From assembly GCA_027009115.1 (NCBI GenBank), contig JALVDI010000044.1, forward strand, positions 1-46,982: a DNA stretch of 46,982 nt, written 5' to 3'. Below are positions 43,297 to 46,982 of the stretch, piece by piece. How positions within the stretch are numbered: the stretch's first letter is position 1; each line of letters begins with the position of its first letter. The DNA comes from Polyangiaceae bacterium (lineage in GTDB: Bacteria; Myxococcota_A; Polyangia; Polyangiales; Houyiibacteriaceae). The notes under the pieces are model-generated. The model worked only from the letters and a program-made list of their open reading frames with translations. It did not search any database and was not told where the DNA came from. The translations under genes were made by a program, and so were the position numbers.

Positions 43297-43878
43297 ATGT
43301 TCGATCTGTCACCGCTGTGGAGCATTCGGCTCGTCGCCCTCCTGCTGTGGCTTCTCTTCGTCGTCCTCTTCGTCTCGAAGGAGCTACGTCGCCGGCGCAA
43401 GCGACGGCGACAACAGCAGCGAACGTCGAAGTGCCCGGCCCTGGTCGGCAGGGTCGAGCGCATCCTCGATGGAGCGCTCGTGGCGGCCGACGCCTGCAGG
43501 ACCGGAGGCTTCCCGGAACCGGCCCCGTTCATCGCGCGCTTCGTGTTGTCCACGCCCCAAGGCCGGATCCTCGTCGAACCGAGCCCGAGCTTCCTCGTCG
43601 ACCTCGACGAGGTGGACGTAGGCGATTGGATCGAGATCCAGGGCCCCCTCGAGGCGACCGACGCCGACGCTTACCGCGGCGGCAGCCCCGGCCAGGTGTT
43701 TCGTGGCACCGACGAGTGCCCCCTCGAGATCCGCCGCGCCGCCTCCCCTCCGGAAGCCCGCCGTCCGCCGCGCGCCGCGGTCGCATTGGAGCCGACCCGC
43801 GACGTTCCACTCCAGACCGCGCAGGAAATGAGCGACGAACACGGCTCCTCCGCGACCAGGCGCTCCGCAGAGCGTTGA
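43297..43878 (+). CDS. Hypothetical membrane-anchored protein: N-terminal TM, polybasic stretch, beta-rich domain
   Basis: The ATG lies 1 nt after the upstream stop (TGA-C-ATG). TM segment LVALLLWLLFVVLFV is followed by KELRRRRKRRRQQQR. No family recognised. Confidence 0.6.
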   Translation: MFDLSPLWSIRLVALLLWLLFVVLFVSKELRRRRKRRRQQQRTSKCPALVGRVERILDGALVAADACRTGGFPEPAPFIARFVLSTPQGRILVEPSPSFLVDLDEVDVGDWIEIQGPLEATDADAYRGGSPGQVFRGTDECPLEIRRAASPPEARRPPRAAVALEPTRDVPLQTAQEMSDEHGSSATRRSAER

Positions 43879-43956
43879 GGCGCCAACCCTGCGCCGCGAC
43901 GGCCGCCCCCACCCTTCGCCTTTCGCTCGCCCCCCGCTCGCCCCATAATTCGCGTC

Positions 43957-44472
43957 ATGACGGACCCCGTAGAACCCATGGAGCCCGAGACGAGCGGCGG
44001 CATCCCGGCCTGGGCGAAGATCGGTGTGGTCCTCGGCCTGCTCGTCGGGGGCGTGGTGGCGCTGCTGCTGACGAGCGACGCCGGCGACGCCTTCGTCTAC
44101 AGCAAGCCCGTCCACGAAGTGGTCCGCGCCCCCGAGACCTTTGCCGGGCGTGAGCTGCGGGTCGAAGGCGATCTCCGCCAGGGCTCGGTGCGCTTTCGCG
44201 AAGATCCCTGCGAGTGGCGTTTCGTCCTCGAAAAGGAAGGCGAGGAGATGACCGTCTCCTTCCCGCAGTGCGTCGTGCCCGACACCTTCCGTGACGACTT
44301 CGGCATCACCGTGACCGTCCAGGGGCAGTTGCAGCAGGATGGCACCTTCTTGGCCAACCAGGTCGTGCCCCGCTGCCCCTCGAAGTACGAGATGAAGGAG
44401 CGGCTGGAGGCGGGCGAGTCCATGCCTCACGGCCCCCCCGGCGCCCCACCGCCCGCGCCCGAACCGACCTGA
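43957..44472 (+). CDS. ccmE: Cytochrome c maturation heme chaperone CcmE, CXXXY variant
   Basis: N-terminal TM anchor. OB-fold region aligns with E. coli CcmE (LRVEGDL..GSV ... VPDTFRDDFGITVTVQGQL). CPSKY occupies the place of the heme-binding HDENY. Confidence 0.8.
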   Translation: MTDPVEPMEPETSGGIPAWAKIGVVLGLLVGGVVALLLTSDAGDAFVYSKPVHEVVRAPETFAGRELRVEGDLRQGSVRFREDPCEWRFVLEKEGEEMTVSFPQCVVPDTFRDDFGITVTVQGQLQQDGTFLANQVVPRCPSKYEMKERLEAGESMPHGPPGAPPPAPEPT

Positions 44473-44484
44473 GCTCCGGCGGCG

Positions 44485-45048
44485 TTGCTCGCGGCCCCGA
44501 CAGGCGGTAGACCGACGGTCGTGAGCGTGGTCCTCCTCGACGCCGACGCGGTGGCGCGTACCGTCCGACGGATGGCCACGGAGATCGTCGAGGCGACCGA
44601 AGGGGCACAGCGAGCGGCCATCGTCGGCATCCGCCGCGGCGGCGTCGGCTTGGCAGCCCGACTCGCCCGACTCATCGCCGAGAGCGAAGGTCGCCCGCTC
44701 CCCATCGGCACCGTCGACATCGGTCTCTACCGCGACGACGCGGCGACCACGCTCCCAGACCCCAAGATCGGCCCGAGCCATGTGCCCTTCGACCCCGAGG
44801 GCAAGGACGTCGTCCTCGTCGACGACGTGCTGCAGACGGGACGCACAGTCCGAGCCGCCCTCGACTGCCTCCTCGACTATGGGCGACCGCGGCGGGTCTG
44901 GCTGGCCGTTCTCCTCGACCGGGGAGGCCGAGAGCTGCCGATCGCCGCCGACTTCGTGGGCCGGCAGGTGGAGGTGGGGGGAGACGCCCGCGTCCGGGTC
45001 GTCGTGAGCTCCGACGGAAGCGGCCCCGACGAGGCGGCGGTCGAATGA
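44485..45048 (+). CDS. pyrR: Bifunctional pyrimidine regulatory protein PyrR / uracil phosphoribosyltransferase
   Basis: PRPP motif [18 protein letters not shown] and PyrR-like N-terminus ([16 protein letters not shown]). Start uncertain: TTG at 44485 or GTG at 44521. Confidence 0.9.
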   Translation: MLAAPTGGRPTVVSVVLLDADAVARTVRRMATEIVEATEGAQRAAIVGIRRGGVGLAARLARLIAESEGRPLPIGTVDIGLYRDDAATTLPDPKIGPSHVPFDPEGKDVVLVDDVLQTGRTVRAALDCLLDYGRPRRVWLAVLLDRGGRELPIAADFVGRQVEVGGDARVRVVVSSDGSGPDEAAVE

Positions 45049-45992
45049 GACGGCTGCGCCATGTCCTGGACATCGCCTCCCTGGAGCGCGACGACATCCT
45101 TCGGATCCTCGACACCGCCGAAGCCTTCTTCGAGGTCTCGCGGCGCCCGGTGCGGAAGGTGCCGACCCTGCGAGGGAAGACCGTCGTCAACCTCTTCTAC
45201 GAGCCTTCCACGCGAACGCGCACGAGCTTCGAGATCGCGGGCAAGCGCCTCAGCGCCGACACGGTCAACATGAGCGTGGCGAGCTCCAGCGTCACGAAGG
45301 GCGAGTCGCTCTACGACACCGCCAAGACCCTCGAAGCCATGCATCCGGATGTCGTCGTGGTGCGCCACGGCGCCTCCGGTGCGCCTCACTACCTGGCCTC
45401 GGAGCTCGCCTGCGGAGTCATCAACGCCGGCGACGGCATGCACGCGCACCCGAGCCAGGCGCTGCTCGACGCCTTCACCATCCGCCGCCACAAAGGGCGC
45501 CTGAGCGGCCTGAGGATCGCCATCTGCGGCGACATCGCTCACTCCCGGGTCGCCCGGAGCAACTGCGTGCTCCTCCGCGCGTTCGGCAACGAGGTTCGGG
45601 TCGTTGGACCGCGAACGCTCATCCCACCCCGTTTCGGGGAGGCCTTCGACGTCCGCGTGTTCCACGCCTTGGAGCCGGCTCTCGAAGGCGCGGACGTCAT
45701 CATGTGCCTGCGCATCCAGCGCGAGCGTCTGGGCGAACCCCTGCTTCCGAGCAACCGGGAGTACAGCCGCACCTTCGGCGTGGGCCCGCAGCACCTCAGC
45801 ATCGCCGCAGAGGACGCCATCGTCATGCACCCCGGACCGATGAACCGCGGCGTCGAGATCGACCCGCGGGTGGCCGATGGCCCGCAGAGCGTGGTGCTCG
45901 ATCAAGTCGAAGCCGGCGTCGCGGTGCGCATGGCCCTGCTCTATCTCCTGGCCGGCGACGGCGGCAGCTCACCCGAACAGGAGCCTCGATGA
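45045..45992 (+). CDS. pyrB: Aspartate carbamoyltransferase catalytic subunit
   Basis: [21 protein letters not shown] and HPGPMNRG motifs. The ATG overlaps the pyrR stop (ATGA). Confidence 0.96.
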   Translation: MRRLRHVLDIASLERDDILRILDTAEAFFEVSRRPVRKVPTLRGKTVVNLFYEPSTRTRTSFEIAGKRLSADTVNMSVASSSVTKGESLYDTAKTLEAMHPDVVVVRHGASGAPHYLASELACGVINAGDGMHAHPSQALLDAFTIRRHKGRLSGLRIAICGDIAHSRVARSNCVLLRAFGNEVRVVGPRTLIPPRFGEAFDVRVFHALEPALEGADVIMCLRIQRERLGEPLLPSNREYSRTFGVGPQHLSIAAEDAIVMHPGPMNRGVEIDPRVADGPQSVVLDQVEAGVAVRMALLYLLAGDGGSSPEQEPR

Positions 45993-46982
45993 GCCGGGTG
46001 CGGACCGGGCTGGAAGAGCTCGACGAGCGGCTGGTGCGCGGGCGCCGCGTGGGGCTGCTGGCGCACCCAGCGAGCGTGACCTCCTCCCTGACGCATGCCC
46101 TCGACGTCCTGGTCCAGCTCGGAGCCGAGCTGCGGGTTCTCTTCGGGCCCGAGCACGGCTGGAGCGGCACCGCTCAGGACATGGTCGGCGTCAAAGGCTC
46201 CGACCAAGGCGGGCTCCGACTCGTCTCCCTCTACGGTGCCACGGCCGCGGACCTGCAACCCAAACCGGACGACCTCGCGGACCTCGACCTGGTCGTGGTG
46301 GATCTGCAGGACGTCGGTGCCCGGTACTACACCTATGTCTGGACAGCGGCGTTCATGCTGCGCGCCGCCGCCAAGCAGGGCGTGCAGACGGTCGTGCTCG
46401 ACCGCCCCAACCCGCTGGGCGGCGAGGTCACCGAGGGGCGACCCCAGCGGCCCGGCTACCGCTCGTTCGTGGGCCTCTACGACGTCCCCGTCCGCCACGG
46501 TCTGACGATCGGCGAGATGCTCGAGCTCGTACGACGCCGCGAAGACCTGGACGAAGAGGCGCTGCACGTCGTCCCCATGGTCGGCTGGCGGCGATCCATG
46601 TTCTTCGACGAAACCGGTCTCCCCTGGGTACTCCCCTCGCCGAACATGCCGACGCTGCAGACGGCGATCGTCTACCCAGGAGGCTGCGTCCTCGAGGGGA
46701 CGACCCTCTCGGAAGGGCGGGGGCACACGCGACCGTTCGAGGTCTGGGGTGCGCCCTGGGTGCGCGGGGAGGCGCTGGCCACCGTCGAGGTCGAAGGCGC
46801 GCAGCTTCGCCCGCTCACCTTCGAGCCGACGTTCCACAAACACGCCGGGGTGCCCTGCGGCGGCGTCCAGGTCCACGTGACCGATCGGCGCGCCTTCCGA
46901 AGCTATGCCGCGTACCTTCGCTGGATCGCCGCGGCCCTCGCCGAGCGCCCCTCGAGCGCGCAGCCCTGGCGCACGGAAGCCT
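45989..46982 (+). CDS. DUF1343 / NamZ-like exo-beta-N-acetylmuramidase family protein, 3'-truncated by the window edge
   Basis: Not in the ORF track because no stop falls within the window. My own translation from the ATG at 45989 (ATGA overlap with pyrB) gives [15 protein letters not shown]...[10 protein letters not shown]...VSLYG...[18 protein letters not shown]...[11 protein letters not shown]...RHGLTIGE, which matches the DUF1343 signature blocks as I remember them. Confidence 0.8.
   Translation, partial: MSRVRTGLEELDERLVRGRRVGLLAHPASVTSSLTHALDVLVQLGAELRVLFGPEHGWSGTAQDMVGVKGSDQGGLRLVSLYGATAADLQPKPDDLADLDLVVVDLQDVGARYYTYVWTAAFMLRAAAKQGVQTVVLDRPNPLGGEVTEGRPQRPGYRSFVGLYDVPVRHGLTIGEMLELVRRREDLDEEALHVVPMVGWRRSMFFDETGLPWVLPSPNMPTLQTAIVYPGGCVLEGTTLSEGRGHTRPFEVWGAPWVRGEALATVEVEGAQLRPLTFEPTFHKHAGVPCGGVQVHVTDRRAFRSYAAYLRWIAAALAERPSSAQPWRTEA

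Noticed and set aside
43704-43719. Sigma-54-like promoter element TGGCAC-N-GTGC upstream of ccmE.
   Set aside because: GG-to-GC spacing is off by one, the -12 element is GTGC rather than TTGC, and it lies inside a CDS about 240 nt from the ccmE start. I saw no convincing TGGCAC-N5-TTGC elsewhere in intergenic DNA.

Overview
Very high-G+C (roughly 70% by eye) chromosomal segment. Its gene content looks like Myxococcota: TIGR02266-type PilZ domains, a PilT paralog, many Ala/Arg-rich proteins and lipoproteins. This taxonomic call is an inference. I support about 47 protein-coding genes. I found no rRNA, tRNA or CRISPR array, no recognisable transposase or integrase, and no recognisable defence island.

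Most of the window is housekeeping:
- rplM-rpsI and argC
- plsB
- a complete regulatory PTS / sigma-54 neighbourhood: rpoN-hpf-ptsN and hprK-rapZ-ptsH-ptsI
- rnhA
- ccmE
- pyrR-pyrB
- a glycan or lipid-linked sugar modification operon (PMI-like, GT2, NodB deacetylase, SDR, with a nearby formyltransferase)

The window is dense in c-di-GMP components: three PilZ-type proteins and a REC-GGDEF regulator.

Observations that annotation does not explain, in my order of interest:
1. A dispersed intergenic repeat family with an invariant 16-mer hairpin module and a second conserved box. It has three clear copies and one degenerate copy, all in the few long intergenic gaps.
2. A PilT-family ATPase with a duplicated, degenerate N-terminal domain. 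It is followed by a divergent archaeal-type RNase HII-like protein that lacks the GRG arginine.
3. A 163-bp MITE-like element with perfect 14-bp terminal inverted repeats. It supplies the stop codon of a Cys-less TlpA-like lipoprotein gene.
4. A translationally coupled two-gene cassette of unknown function next to an orphan CXXXY-type ccmE.
5. A TPR-dynamin-like GTPase directly upstream of rpoN and head-to-head with the GGDEF regulator.

I did not find convincing evidence for a wholly new multi-gene system. All family calls come from motif recognition by eye, with no database search, so product names for non-housekeeping genes are provisional.
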